From the NCBI GenBank assembly GCA_043797665.1, contig JAZDPL010000073.1, positions 32,001 to 96,000 of the forward strand: a stretch of 64,000 nt of DNA. Direction: 5' to 3'. The notes under the pieces were generated by a model. It ran no database searches, was not told the origin of the DNA, and saw nothing but the letters and a program-made list of their open reading frames with translations. The position numbers and the translations under genes were made by a program. Shown here in pieces: positions 41,018-51,205 of this stretch; position 1 is the stretch's first letter; each line of letters begins with the position of its first letter. This DNA comes from Candidatus Omnitrophota bacterium. Lineage in GTDB: Bacteria > Ratteibacteria > UBA8468 > MWAK01.

Positions 41018-43534
41018 TTAAGGCTCGACAAATATCAAATCTCCGTACAAACGTGAACCTTCACAGTATCCGATTCCGCCGGCCCATTCCAGCCAACCCC
41101 GTCGGCCCTGCCCATCGTTGTCGTTCACCAGAGCGGAAAACCCGATTATTTTTCCCGGAACCGGTGCCAACAGAAGTTCATTTAGCGGAATAGCGGCTTC
41201 ACAGGTCCATCCGTCCGGGTCGTTCTTTATGCTCACTATGGCTTTATCAACCAGTTTTCCTTGAGCGGCACCAAATGCCTGGTCGGCAAAATTTTCCCAC
41301 ACCTGTGGACCTTCCGGTGTCAGGGCAATGGTAAAAACCCGGCCGTGACTGACCGGCGACTCCGGCTCGGGGTCAACGGCAAACTGGATACTGTCTCCCG
41401 CCCAGGTCCGGTCACCTTTTTCATCCTGGACAAATTTATCATCGTAAACCCTTCCGGCCAGGTAGAGGTTCCTTTCGTCCCAGAGGGTGTAGAGAACGGC
41501 GCTTAAATCATTTCGGCCATGCCACTCCTGAATTTCTCTAACCTGGCTTGCCTGTTCCAGCCGGACCGGAGTAGCCCTGTCCCATTCTGTCTTAAGAAGT
41601 CCGTCTATTTCCGGTGCAGAGAGGGTTTTCACGCAGGTCAAAAAGTCCATTGTTTCTTCGCTGTGATACACAAGACCCCTGGCTGTTTTCAGCGTCGCCG
41701 CTATCCCGTACCAGGCATCAGGAATAACCCCGCCGCTTTCAACCGTAAACTTCAGCGAGGTTTCTTCAGATGGATTCAACTGCTCCAGCGTGGCGTGAAC
41801 GGGTTCCATAACCCAGCCTCCGGGGACCGCAAGGCTGACATCGCCGCTCAACGCCTTTTTCGTACAATTGTCAACGCTTACCGAAATTACCGGTTTTTCC
41901 GAGGATTTAACCAGATACGGTCTTAACTTAATGGTTGGCTGCGCAAGAATTCCCTCCGGCTTGACGTGCATATAGACAGGGCTCTCATCCAGGTCCAGAC
42001 TCAAAACTCCGTTTTTCGGCTGCAGGGTGGTCGGGTTACCCATAATGTCTACGACCTCAATTTTATCATTGATAACGTTCAGGTTCAATTTCTGGTTGCC
42101 CTTGTTGGACCAGAGCACGGAAATCGGCTCACCTTTTTTCTCGAAATAATAACCGGTGAAGCCCGCTCCCATTTTCAGGCGGGACACCGGCCGGGCGCCG
42201 TCAAGCTCGGAAATCAAAGCCGCATAACTTAGATAAGCCGATTTCGGCGTAAGGTCCCGGTAGAGCATGCCGATATTATTTAAATTGGCGGAGGACTCGT
42301 CCGTAAGGATATCCGTCCCGAGAAACCAGAAGACCTTGCTTATTCCCTCGCCCAGAAAAACAATGGTCAATTTGGTCCTCAACTCGGTATCCGCTTTGGT
42401 GTCGGGTCCGGAGGGATAGTTCGCCATTTCGGTCATCCACAAAGGTTTGTCGTACCCGCGTTTCTTCAACGTCTGGCCGATTTTCGCGCCTTCCCGCGCC
42501 CCCTCTAAGTAATTGCCGGTATGGATGCCGAAAATATCAAAATAATCACCGCCTCCGTTTTTCAGCACTGCTTCCAGGAAGGGATTCCAGACGTCATAAT
42601 TCTCGTCTCGCTGAGTATCCAGAATCGACTTCCCGATCGGCATACTTAAACTGCCCAGGTGTATTACGCAGTCGGGGTCTTCCTTTTTGGCTGCCTGATA
42701 GGACAGTTTAAGCATTTCCGTGTAAGATTCTACAGGTCCGTTCCAGAAATCAATCAGGTTTGCTTCGTTCAGCAGTTCCCAATTTTTGACCCTGTCTTTG
42801 TAACGCTTAACCGACGTAGCAAGGAAATCAGCAAAATCCTGTACATTCTTGGGCGGGGTGTTCAGATAACCGGTACCGTTTGCCCATTTCGGATAACTCA
42901 CCACGCAAGCCAGGATATTCAAATGGTGTCTTTCCGCCCTGGGAATAAAGTCGTCAAAATGCGCCCAGACATATTTGTCCTTTCCTTCATTCTCGGCAAA
43001 ATTCCAGGGCCAGTCCATCCTTATCCACCGGATGCCTATCTTTTCGTAAAGTTCCAGGAGCGGGTCATCCCAATCAAACCAGGAACAGATTCCGAAAGGG
43101 GAATCAGGGTTAAACTTCAGCGGAGGCGCCGGCGGGATAATTCCAAAGGTGGATTTCTTCTCCGCCAGGACGTCTTTGCCGGAAAGCAATTCGCAGGATA
43201 CATAAAATATGCCTTTCTTTTTTAACCGGAGGCTGATTTCCCGGGAGATTTCCTGGCTGTTTGTATACTTTATGGCTATACGTTCATCTTTTATGGATTC
43301 GCCGTAATAATCGAAAATGCAACATCTTAAAATTGCCTCCGGTACTTCCCTGGGATAAGATTTAACCGTAACCGTTAACCTTACTTCCTCGTCATAGTTG
43401 AATATGTTGCCGGTTTTGGTGCTGGCAATGGAAATGATTGCAGATTCCACCCTTGCGCCCGGCACGAGGACGACCGCTGCCAGGAATAATGTTTTAAAGA
43501 AATTATTTTTCATGAAAAATAAACCCTGGTCCAT
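41018..43534 (-). CDS. Secreted GH39/GH-A clan hydrolase with Ig-like and CBM9-like domains
   Basis: [31 protein letters not shown]...WDERNLYLA...GDSIQFA...CEAAIP...VNDNDG. Confidence 0.75.
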   Translation of the reverse strand: MDQGLFFMKNNFFKTLFLAAVVLVPGARVESAIISIASTKTGNIFNYDEEVRLTVTVKSYPREVPEAILRCCIFDYYGESIKDERIAIKYTNSQEISREISLRLKKKGIFYVSCELLSGKDVLAEKKSTFGIIPPAPPLKFNPDSPFGICSWFDWDDPLLELYEKIGIRWIRMDWPWNFAENEGKDKYVWAHFDDFIPRAERHHLNILACVVSYPKWANGTGYLNTPPKNVQDFADFLATSVKRYKDRVKNWELLNEANLIDFWNGPVESYTEMLKLSYQAAKKEDPDCVIHLGSLSMPIGKSILDTQRDENYDVWNPFLEAVLKNGGGDYFDIFGIHTGNYLEGAREGAKIGQTLKKRGYDKPLWMTEMANYPSGPDTKADTELRTKLTIVFLGEGISKVFWFLGTDILTDESSANLNNIGMLYRDLTPKSAYLSYAALISELDGARPVSRLKMGAGFTGYYFEKKGEPISVLWSNKGNQKLNLNVINDKIEVVDIMGNPTTLQPKNGVLSLDLDESPVYMHVKPEGILAQPTIKLRPYLVKSSEKPVISVSVDNCTKKALSGDVSLAVPGGWVMEPVHATLEQLNPSEETSLKFTVESGGVIPDAWYGIAATLKTARGLVYHSEETMDFLTCVKTLSAPEIDGLLKTEWDRATPVRLEQASQVREIQEWHGRNDLSAVLYTLWDERNLYLAGRVYDDKFVQDEKGDRTWAGDSIQFAVDPEPESPVSHGRVFTIALTPEGPQVWENFADQAFGAAQGKLVDKAIVSIKNDPDGWTCEAAIPLNELLLAPVPGKIIGFSALVNDNDGQGRRGWLEWAGGIGYCEGSRLYGDLIFVEP

Positions 43535-43537
43535 TTA

Positions 43538-44290
43538 TTATTGCATTAACATACCACCACAAACCGGCAAATTTGCACCAGTAATAAAGTCTGCAAGCTC
43601 ACTGGAAAAAAAGACACAGGCTTTCGCAATGTCATCAGCATTTGCAATACGTCCAAGCGGCGTACGTTCAACATGTCTGGTGAGCAATATGGAACTGGGA
43701 GATTTTGTTAGATCAGTCCACACCAGGCCAGGTGTAACCATATTCGCCGTGATATTGAATTTTCCGTAGTCACGTGCCAATGCTCGAGTCATGGTAAGAA
43801 GGCCGCCTTTCGCCGTAATATAGGGAGCGCTTGCTTCATTTAGCTCCCACATACAGGTAGTGCCAATATTAATAATGCGACCATAATTTTGCTGGCTCAT
43901 CGTTGGCAATACTGCTTGGCAGCAGTTGAAGGCGCCATGTACGATGACCTCCCAGGAATACACGAAATCTTTCCATTTTCCCTCCCCGACCGTTCCGCCG
44001 TGAAAGCCTGGAAAGGCATTGTTAATCAATACATCAATACGTCCGCCAAATTCATTTTTTGTCTGTTCCGCCATTGTGCTTACCGAGTCGGCATCTGAGA
44101 CATCAGTCTGTATGGCAATCGCCGCACCACCGTCAGATTTAATCTGCTCAACAATTGCAATTGCGGCATCGGCATTATGAGCAAAGTTTACCACAACACG
44201 CGCACCCTCGCGGGCGAAACGCAAGGCTGTTGCTGCGCCAATACCACGACTGGCGCCGGTGATAATCGTCACCTTATCTTTTAATAACAT
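43538..44290 (-). CDS. SDR family oxidoreductase
   Basis: ITGASRGIG, LINNA, YITAKGG, TPLGRIA, ITGANLPVCGG. Confidence 0.9.
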   Translation of the reverse strand: MLLKDKVTIITGASRGIGAATALRFAREGARVVVNFAHNADAAIAIVEQIKSDGGAAIAIQTDVSDADSVSTMAEQTKNEFGGRIDVLINNAFPGFHGGTVGEGKWKDFVYSWEVIVHGAFNCCQAVLPTMSQQNYGRIINIGTTCMWELNEASAPYITAKGGLLTMTRALARDYGKFNITANMVTPGLVWTDLTKSPSSILLTRHVERTPLGRIANADDIAKACVFFSSELADFITGANLPVCGGMLMQ

Positions 44291-44317
44291 GAAAAAACCT
44301 CCCGCATCTGTTTTTAT

Positions 44318-45664
44318 TCATTCCTCTTCGTCGTCGGCCGGTTTACTTTCAGCAATAGTTGAATTTTCCGCTTCTATCCGGGTTGCCGGGTTCAAAATGA
44401 AGTTTGTTATGTCGGTATAATTCAGTTTTAAGGAGCCTGTTTTGGAGAATGTCCAGGTTCGATTCCCTTTTTCAATGTCCATCCGGGAGCGTTTTTCCGG
44501 TGTTCCGGTTACCGACAACGAAGCACCGTCCGGGACCACCAGGCTTGAACCGATCGGACTGAATTTCACGTTGACGCTGGAATGCGGTTTGCCGCCTTTC
44601 CAGAACGGCTGACCGCCTCCCCAGACCACCGGTCCGCCTTTGGGAATATAATAGGTTCCGATAATGTAGATGACATCGCTATCTTTGCCGCCGTGACTTT
44701 CGCTGATAACACCTCCGTTTGCGGGGTCATCTACGACGCAGTTCTTAAAATCAGAGTTCCGGAGTTCCATTATGGATTTGCTTGCGAGGTAAATATCGAT
44801 GGCGTTATTTAAAAATTTTGCATCTGAGAACGCGCTATCAGAAAGATCGTGGGCTACAAAAATGGCGTAAGCGGCCGCTTTTTCGAAAACGCAGTTCTTA
44901 ACTGTAGAATCGCTCAGACCCAACTGGGAGCCGCTCGCAAAGATATGAGCGGTGGCGTTCTTCAACGTGCAATCACTTATTTCCATACGGCTGACGTCAT
45001 GCAAAAAAATGTTATAGGTACAGTCTTGAAAGAGACAATTCCGGACCCGGATGTCGTTCGACATAAATAGGCCCAAACCATAATAACCTTTTGAAATAGT
45101 GCAATAGTCCATTTCCAGCGCCGGCACGTTTACCGACTCACCGCAGTAATATGCGGAAACGCCGTATTTCTGAGGGGCATCTTTACCGAGTGATTCAAAA
45201 GACACGCAATAGAATTTCCCTTTCGCCGATTGACTTAAAAGAATGTAGGCGTTCTTCCCGGGTTTTGGCATATCAGTATATATCCTGTTCAACGCTCCGG
45301 GATTTTTTTCCCCGTCGGGATTTCCCCGGTTGACAAAAACGCCCCCGTCTACAGACAGGCCCCCGCCGGCGTCAATCGCAATGTTTACCTGCTTGTTACC
45401 GTTGGAAGAATAGTCTATTTCCAGAATGCCGCCTTTTTTAATGGTTCCTTCTTTAAAACTGATGTTGATGGGCGCCGCACCTTTGGCAACGGTAATTTTA
45501 TGTCCTTCTTCAATAACGAGATTATCTCCGCTCCGGGGGACGCCGATGTCGTTCCAGGTCGCCGGGTCGTTCCAATCACCGCCGCGGCTTGAGGCATAAT
45601 CCGCCCCGGACAAGTAACCGCCGAAACCCGCAATAAACATCAAAACCATTATGGTCCTGCGCAT
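44318..45664 (-). CDS. Secreted right-handed beta-helix protein
   Basis: Signal peptide, GDWNDPATW..GVP start, repeated IxNCxFxN-type units. Confidence 0.65.
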   Translation of the reverse strand: MRRTIMVLMFIAGFGGYLSGADYASSRGGDWNDPATWNDIGVPRSGDNLVIEEGHKITVAKGAAPINISFKEGTIKKGGILEIDYSSNGNKQVNIAIDAGGGLSVDGGVFVNRGNPDGEKNPGALNRIYTDMPKPGKNAYILLSQSAKGKFYCVSFESLGKDAPQKYGVSAYYCGESVNVPALEMDYCTISKGYYGLGLFMSNDIRVRNCLFQDCTYNIFLHDVSRMEISDCTLKNATAHIFASGSQLGLSDSTVKNCVFEKAAAYAIFVAHDLSDSAFSDAKFLNNAIDIYLASKSIMELRNSDFKNCVVDDPANGGVISESHGGKDSDVIYIIGTYYIPKGGPVVWGGGQPFWKGGKPHSSVNVKFSPIGSSLVVPDGASLSVTGTPEKRSRMDIEKGNRTWTFSKTGSLKLNYTDITNFILNPATRIEAENSTIAESKPADDEEE

Positions 45665-46794
45665 ATTTCCCCCCTTAAAACCGTTTGCGTTTTCGCCAAA
45701 GTTCTGACTCTCGCCTTTCCGGTTGATTCCCGGACGACCAATTCCACCGGAAAGGAGAACACCACTTTCTTATTTGTCAATTTTCCCGTTATTTGCCCCA
45801 GCAGAATGTCGGCTGCCTTTTCACCCATTTGGTATTTTAGTTGGTTGACCGTTGTCAAAGACGGGTAAAGGTTAGAGGTGAAATCCAGGTTGTCAAATCC
45901 CAGTACGGAAAAATCCTGCGGGATGTTGATTTTCATTTCGGCAAGTCGTTTTAAAGCGCCCCAGGCGATGTCGTCGTTAAGACAGAAAGCCGCGGTAACT
46001 TCCGGCCGGTTTTCAATAACCTCTCGGATAAAATGATAACCGGCCGGCCCCCCCCTTTTTTCCCCGCGGAAAATAAGGTTTTCGTTTTCAGGAAGACCGT
46101 ATTCCAACCGGGCTTTTTTGTAACCGTCAATTCTTTCCGACAGGGAGGTGGCTTCCGGTTCGCTCAAAACGGCAATCTGTTTGTGACCTAAGTCCAGCAG
46201 GTATTTGGTGGCTAAGTAACCACCCTGTACGTTGTCGGAAAGTACCGCATCAACATTAAATTCCGGTAGATGCCGGTCGACAAAGACGAACGGGATTTTC
46301 TCAGCCAACAGTCCTCCATAATAAGCATGATTCTGGTTACCGGTAGCGGGTGCGACAATAAAACCAGCCACTGAACCGGTATATTTTGAGAAGTAGTCTC
46401 TCTCTTTTTCGGACGAGTTTTCGGTATCGCAGAGAATCAATTTGTAACCTTCCTGGTCAAGTTTACCCTGGATACCTTTCAGGATTTCCGCAAAAAACGG
46501 CCTGGTTATATCCACCAGCATGACGGCGATTGCCTTTTCATCCCTTTTTACTTCCGGAGAATATGAAATTTCCGTGCCGTATCCCCTTTTCCTGACCAGG
46601 TATTTTTCCCTCTGAAGTTTCAGTAAAGCCTGCCTGATTGTCACCCGGCTGACCCTGAATTTATCAGCCAGCGCATATTCGGAAGGGATAATTTCACCCT
46701 TGACCAGTTTACCTTTTTCTATCTGCTGTTTCAGAGAATGGTAGATTTGGAGATATAAATATTTTGCCGGGCGGCTTTTTATCTTCACAATCAT
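45649..46794 (-). CDS. GntR-HTH / LacI hybrid regulator (AraR-like)
   Basis: IPSEYALADKFRVSRVTIRQAL...RKRGYGT; PFFAEILKGI, IPFVFVDR, DFSVLGFDN, LVVREST; start may be GTG 46788. Confidence 0.9.
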   Translation of the reverse strand: MIVKIKSRPAKYLYLQIYHSLKQQIEKGKLVKGEIIPSEYALADKFRVSRVTIRQALLKLQREKYLVRKRGYGTEISYSPEVKRDEKAIAVMLVDITRPFFAEILKGIQGKLDQEGYKLILCDTENSSEKERDYFSKYTGSVAGFIVAPATGNQNHAYYGGLLAEKIPFVFVDRHLPEFNVDAVLSDNVQGGYLATKYLLDLGHKQIAVLSEPEATSLSERIDGYKKARLEYGLPENENLIFRGEKRGGPAGYHFIREVIENRPEVTAAFCLNDDIAWGALKRLAEMKINIPQDFSVLGFDNLDFTSNLYPSLTTVNQLKYQMGEKAADILLGQITGKLTNKKVVFSFPVELVVRESTGKARVRTLAKTQTVLRGEICAGP

Positions 46795-46879
46795 ATTATA
46801 CCCCAGCCGGGATTTCTTTGTCAATACCTTCATAATACTTTAATAATACTTGTACAATACAACTTCCTTATGTTATAAT
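46795..46879. promoter_or_regulatory. Divergent promoters with an operator-like palindrome
   Basis: Minus strand: TTGACA(46824)-18 nt-TATAAT(46800). Plus strand: TTGTAC(46850)-18 nt-TATAAT(46874) with TG. TTGTACAATACAA overlaps the plus-strand -35. Confidence 0.7.
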
Positions 46880-46885
46880 TACAGC

Positions 46886-48013
46886 ATGGATATCATAACT
46901 TCCCGGCAAAGACTGTTAAGAACATTAAAGGGAGAACCAACGGACAGGATTGCCATTTCTCTGTATGAATTTGACGGAATTTACGATTCCTGGATTCACA
47001 ACCATCCGGAATATGAAGCGATTCTAAAGTATGCGGAGGGAAAAACCGACCGGCTCTATTTCTGGAACCCAATCGGCGATAAGCCGGTTTTATTTTTGGG
47101 AGAAGTTACCCCGGAGATTATCCGCGCGGATACCTGGAAAAAAGGCGATTCAGCCTACACCAGAACAACGGTCAAAACGCCGAGGGGCGAAATCTCCAAC
47201 CTGGTTCGGCAGGACGACAACATACACACCTGCTGGGAACTGGAAGAATTTTGCAAGACCGAAGAGGACGCGGAAAAAGTCATTTCCCTGCCTTATATTC
47301 CCTATAAGCCGCTGGTGGGTTCGTTTTTTGAATTGGACAAGAATCTGGGCGAGTCGGGTATCGTCCTGGGAGATTTTCCGGACGCCCTCTGTTTAACCGT
47401 GGGCATCTTCGGGTTCAGCCGGTTTTTAATGATTTACACCGACAACCCGTCGCTTATTTTCAGGTTGCTTAATTTTTTTCAGGAAAGGATTTTGGATTAC
47501 GCCCGGCATCTTTTGGAAAAAGGGGCAGTTACGCTTTACCGCATCGTTGGACCTGAGTATGCGACTCCGCCTTATCTGTCTCCGACGGTATTTGATGAAC
47601 TGGTTACCGGATATGACCGGGAATTGATAGTACTTTTTCATAAATACGGCGCTAGAGTGCGGTTGCATGCGCACGGAAAAATAAGAAAAGTGCTCGCTTC
47701 TTTTCTGGAAATGGGCATAGATGCCACCGACCCGGTTGAGCCGCCGCCGGACGGCGACGTAACGCTTGCCGAAGCAAGGAAAGTTTTAGGCAGCAAAGTA
47801 ACTTTATTCGGCAACATTGAGGAAAGACTATTTGAAATCGGTACCAAAAATGACGTGGAAGAGGCGGTCCGGAAGGCGATTGAAGAAGGTGCGTCCGGCG
47901 GACCTTTCGTCCTCTGTCCGACCGCTATGCCCCTGGCCACTCCCCTGGACAGGAAAATCCAGGAAAATATCATCCACTACATAGATTGCGGGTTAAAGTA
48001 CGGCAAGGTCTGA
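46886..48013 (+). CDS. Uroporphyrinogen decarboxylase / MtaA-CmuA fold family protein
   Basis: TSRQRLLRTLKGEPTDRI, VKTPRG, GPEYATPPYLSP, LHAHG, DPVEPPPDGDV, LFGNIE. Confidence 0.8.
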   Translation: MDIITSRQRLLRTLKGEPTDRIAISLYEFDGIYDSWIHNHPEYEAILKYAEGKTDRLYFWNPIGDKPVLFLGEVTPEIIRADTWKKGDSAYTRTTVKTPRGEISNLVRQDDNIHTCWELEEFCKTEEDAEKVISLPYIPYKPLVGSFFELDKNLGESGIVLGDFPDALCLTVGIFGFSRFLMIYTDNPSLIFRLLNFFQERILDYARHLLEKGAVTLYRIVGPEYATPPYLSPTVFDELVTGYDRELIVLFHKYGARVRLHAHGKIRKVLASFLEMGIDATDPVEPPPDGDVTLAEARKVLGSKVTLFGNIEERLFEIGTKNDVEEAVRKAIEEGASGGPFVLCPTAMPLATPLDRKIQENIIHYIDCGLKYGKV

Positions 48014-48098
48014 AAGGAAATTTGCCGATGATAAAGATGCGGACTTTGTTTGAAGATAACCGGTTCACCCGGGCCGGAATGGTTCTGAAACTACGGTC

Positions 48099-51000
48099 AT
48101 GACAAAACAAGAATTTAAAGAGCCGGGGGACCGGTATCGGCCGGTGCCTTTCTGGTTCTGGAATTTTTACCTCGACGACGAGGTTATTAAATTCCAGATC
48201 AAGCAGATGAAAGAGGCAGGGCTGACTGGTTTTTTTATTCATGCCCGCCACGGTTTAAACATTCCTTACCTGGGCGAATCCTGGATGCAGAAATGCCTGA
48301 TTGCCATTACCGAAGCGGAAAAATTGGGCATGCAGGCCTGGATTTACGATGAGGATAACTGGCCCAGCGGGACAACAAGCGGCCGCGTAATCCGGGAGCA
48401 CCCGGAGTACCTGGCTTCGTTCATAACTGCAAAGGATGTCAACCTGTCCGGTCCTAAAAAAGTGGTTCTTGAGATAGAGCCCGAAGACGGCCTGTTCCTC
48501 CTGTTGGCGCTAAAAAGAACAGAAGAGGACAAGTTATCCGGTTTTCCCGGGGACGCGATTGACTTGAAACCGCACCTGGTTGGAAAACGGCTGAAGTGGC
48601 AGGTGCCGGCCGGAAACTGGAAGATAATAACGATTACAAGGAGGGTTTACCGCAACCTGATCTGGGGTGGTGAGGAGAAGAACGTCCGGAGAGGTTATCT
48701 TGACGTTCTGAATGAAAAAGCCGTGCGGTGTTTTATCGAAACGACGCACCAAAAGTACGTGGAAAGGTTTGAAAAGTACATCCCGGCGGTCATCCCCGGA
48801 TTCTTTGTCGATGAACCGTCAATGAACTACAGCAATACCAACGATTACAACTGGAATCATGCCCGGTTGAAAGCGGTTCCTTTCACTCCCGGTCTGGCGG
48901 AAAAATTTTTACGGGTTGCCGGTTATGATTTTCTGACGGTTCTGCCCGGACTCTTTTATGATGTCGGAAAAGAGACGGCCAAAATCCGTTGCGATTACTA
49001 CGAAACCATCACCACTCTTTATAGCGAAAACTTTTTCAGACAGATTCACGATTATTGCCAGGCGCACAAACTTTTAAGCGTCGGACACGTCATTGCCGAA
49101 GGGGAACTGTTTATGCAGGTCAGGAACCAGGGAGACTACTTCCGGGTTACTGAACATATGCACTATGCCGGGTGCGACCAGCTGGCTGACCAGACCTGGC
49201 CGGCCGGTCTCTTTCACACCAATAATCTGGCGGCGCCGAAGTTCGCCAGTTCTGCCGGCCATCTGCTCAATAAACCGCGGGTGATGAGCGAAGCATACGG
49301 ACTGGCCGGCGGCTGGGGTCTCACCCTGAAGACTCTGAAGAAACTGACCGACTGGCAGGTGGCTTTAGGCGTAAATTTCTTTGTGCCTCACGCTTTTTAC
49401 CATTCAATCTTCGGTTTCCGGAAGTGGGAATGCCCGCCTTCCCATTACCAGACAACCTTTTGGAAATATTACCGCATTTACGCCGATTATGTGGCCCGGC
49501 TGTGTTCGGTTTTTTCCGGCGGGCGTCATGTGGCGAAGGTGGCGGTTTTGTCGCCGGTCAAGAGCATTTGGTCGCAGATGGACCCGGATGATAGTCCGTT
49601 GATAAACAAAATTTGCGAAGAATTCGACTGGGTCAGCGGATTCCTTCTCCGCCGCCATTACGACTTCGACTACCTGAATGAGGAGATTTTACAGAAGGCA
49701 AAGGTTCAGGACAACCGGCTGAAGTTTTTTAAGGAAGACGGTGAGTTGAGCGAAGAATTTGAAGTGTTGATTCTACCCCGCATTACCACTCTTTCCCTGG
49801 CAACGGCGGAAAAGATTGAAGAGTTCGCAAAAAGAGGCGGTCTGGTAATCGCAACTTCACGCCTTCCGGATACTTCCGTAGAACGGGGTGGGGATGAAGT
49901 GTTGGAAAGAAGGATGGCCGGTATCTTTGCGAATGACCGCTGCAGTCTTGTCAAGGACGCATCAAAAAAGAGGAAAGAAGAAATTCTGGGAAGGCTGCTT
50001 GCCAAAAATCTGAGGCCGGATGTGGTCATCAGGAAGAACAATAAACCGGTGGAAGAGATTATCTACCTCCATTATCTTAAAGACGAAAAAGATTTCTACT
50101 ATTTGGTCAACACTTCCGAGACGGGAAAGAAGACCGCAGAAATAGTATTGGACCGGGCGGGAACAATGGAGGTGTGGGACCCGCTGAACGGAGAGACCGC
50201 GGTCTGTCACAGTAAAGTTGTTGACGGCCGGATTAATCTTGACTTGAAGTTTGAGCCGGTTCAATCCTACCTGCTGGCGGTTGACAACGGGCCGCCGGTC
50301 CCGGAGGCAGACAGTACCGGGTTTTCCGGCCGGAATCCCCGGCCCGCCTTTTCCATCGGCCTGAAAGGACTATGGGGATTTTCCACTCTGAAACCGAACG
50401 CGCTTCCGCTGAAAGAATGGCAGTATGCGACTGCGGTTAAGATTACGCCCACCAGCGGTTTTCCGCTGGGAGTGCACCGTTACCGGACCGTCTTCTACGT
50501 CCGGGACGTGCCTGATTCTTTGAGAGTTTTACTTGACGGTTTACTCATTGACCGGATAAATTACGCCTGTCCGGCGCTTCGGGAAACCACCGAACACGGC
50601 ATCCGGGTTTCTGTCAATGGGAAAAAAATCCCGCGGTGGCAGGACGGAACCTATCTTGACCACTATATCAAAGAGATGGATATCAGCCGGCTGGTTAAAA
50701 AAGGAAGAAATGTCATCGCGGTGGAGACCCTGAGCGAACTTTTTGAAGCGCCTAACCTGACCGACCCTTTTATCCTGGTCGGAAATTTCAGCCTCCGTTT
50801 TAAGGGCAGGAGACCTTTTCTGGTCAGGGAAAAAGGTGCGGTGAAAACAGGTTCCTGGGCTGAGCAGGGTTATCCCTACTATTCCGGGACCGCCTCTTAC
50901 CGGAAATCACTTAAGATATTCAGGAGCGTTGCGGGAATGAGAGTGGTTCTCAGGATGGAGGGCATCGCTGATATGGCGGAAGTGTGCGTTAACGGCCGGG

Positions 51001-51200
51001 ATGTCAAGGTTGTACCCTGGCCGCCGTACGAAGCAGACATCACCGGATTGCTGAAACAAGGCGGGAACGAACTGGTTCTGAAGATAACCAATTCCCTTCA
51101 TAATCTTTTGGCTGGAGAAAAGAATCCCTCCGGTTTGCTGGGAAAGGTACGGATTGACTTCTATGGTGAAAAAAAGGAAATAATTGTCGGGGAGGAATAA
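48099..51200 (+). CDS. GH106-like glycoside hydrolase
   Basis: RPVPFWFWN, FIHARHGL, WIYDEDNWPSG, FFVDEP, MSEAYG, ALGVNFFVPHAFY, GSWAEQGYPYYSG. Confidence 0.78.
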   Translation: MTKQEFKEPGDRYRPVPFWFWNFYLDDEVIKFQIKQMKEAGLTGFFIHARHGLNIPYLGESWMQKCLIAITEAEKLGMQAWIYDEDNWPSGTTSGRVIREHPEYLASFITAKDVNLSGPKKVVLEIEPEDGLFLLLALKRTEEDKLSGFPGDAIDLKPHLVGKRLKWQVPAGNWKIITITRRVYRNLIWGGEEKNVRRGYLDVLNEKAVRCFIETTHQKYVERFEKYIPAVIPGFFVDEPSMNYSNTNDYNWNHARLKAVPFTPGLAEKFLRVAGYDFLTVLPGLFYDVGKETAKIRCDYYETITTLYSENFFRQIHDYCQAHKLLSVGHVIAEGELFMQVRNQGDYFRVTEHMHYAGCDQLADQTWPAGLFHTNNLAAPKFASSAGHLLNKPRVMSEAYGLAGGWGLTLKTLKKLTDWQVALGVNFFVPHAFYHSIFGFRKWECPPSHYQTTFWKYYRIYADYVARLCSVFSGGRHVAKVAVLSPVKSIWSQMDPDDSPLINKICEEFDWVSGFLLRRHYDFDYLNEEILQKAKVQDNRLKFFKEDGELSEEFEVLILPRITTLSLATAEKIEEFAKRGGLVIATSRLPDTSVERGGDEVLERRMAGIFANDRCSLVKDASKKRKEEILGRLLAKNLRPDVVIRKNNKPVEEIIYLHYLKDEKDFYYLVNTSETGKKTAEIVLDRAGTMEVWDPLNGETAVCHSKVVDGRINLDLKFEPVQSYLLAVDNGPPVPEADSTGFSGRNPRPAFSIGLKGLWGFSTLKPNALPLKEWQYATAVKITPTSGFPLGVHRYRTVFYVRDVPDSLRVLLDGLLIDRINYACPALRETTEHGIRVSVNGKKIPRWQDGTYLDHYIKEMDISRLVKKGRNVIAVETLSELFEAPNLTDPFILVGNFSLRFKGRRPFLVREKGAVKTGSWAEQGYPYYSGTASYRKSLKIFRSVAGMRVVLRMEGIADMAEVCVNGRDVKVVPWPPYEADITGLLKQGGNELVLKITNSLHNLLAGEKNPSGLLGKVRIDFYGEKKEIIVGEE

Positions 51201-51205
51201 GAAGA

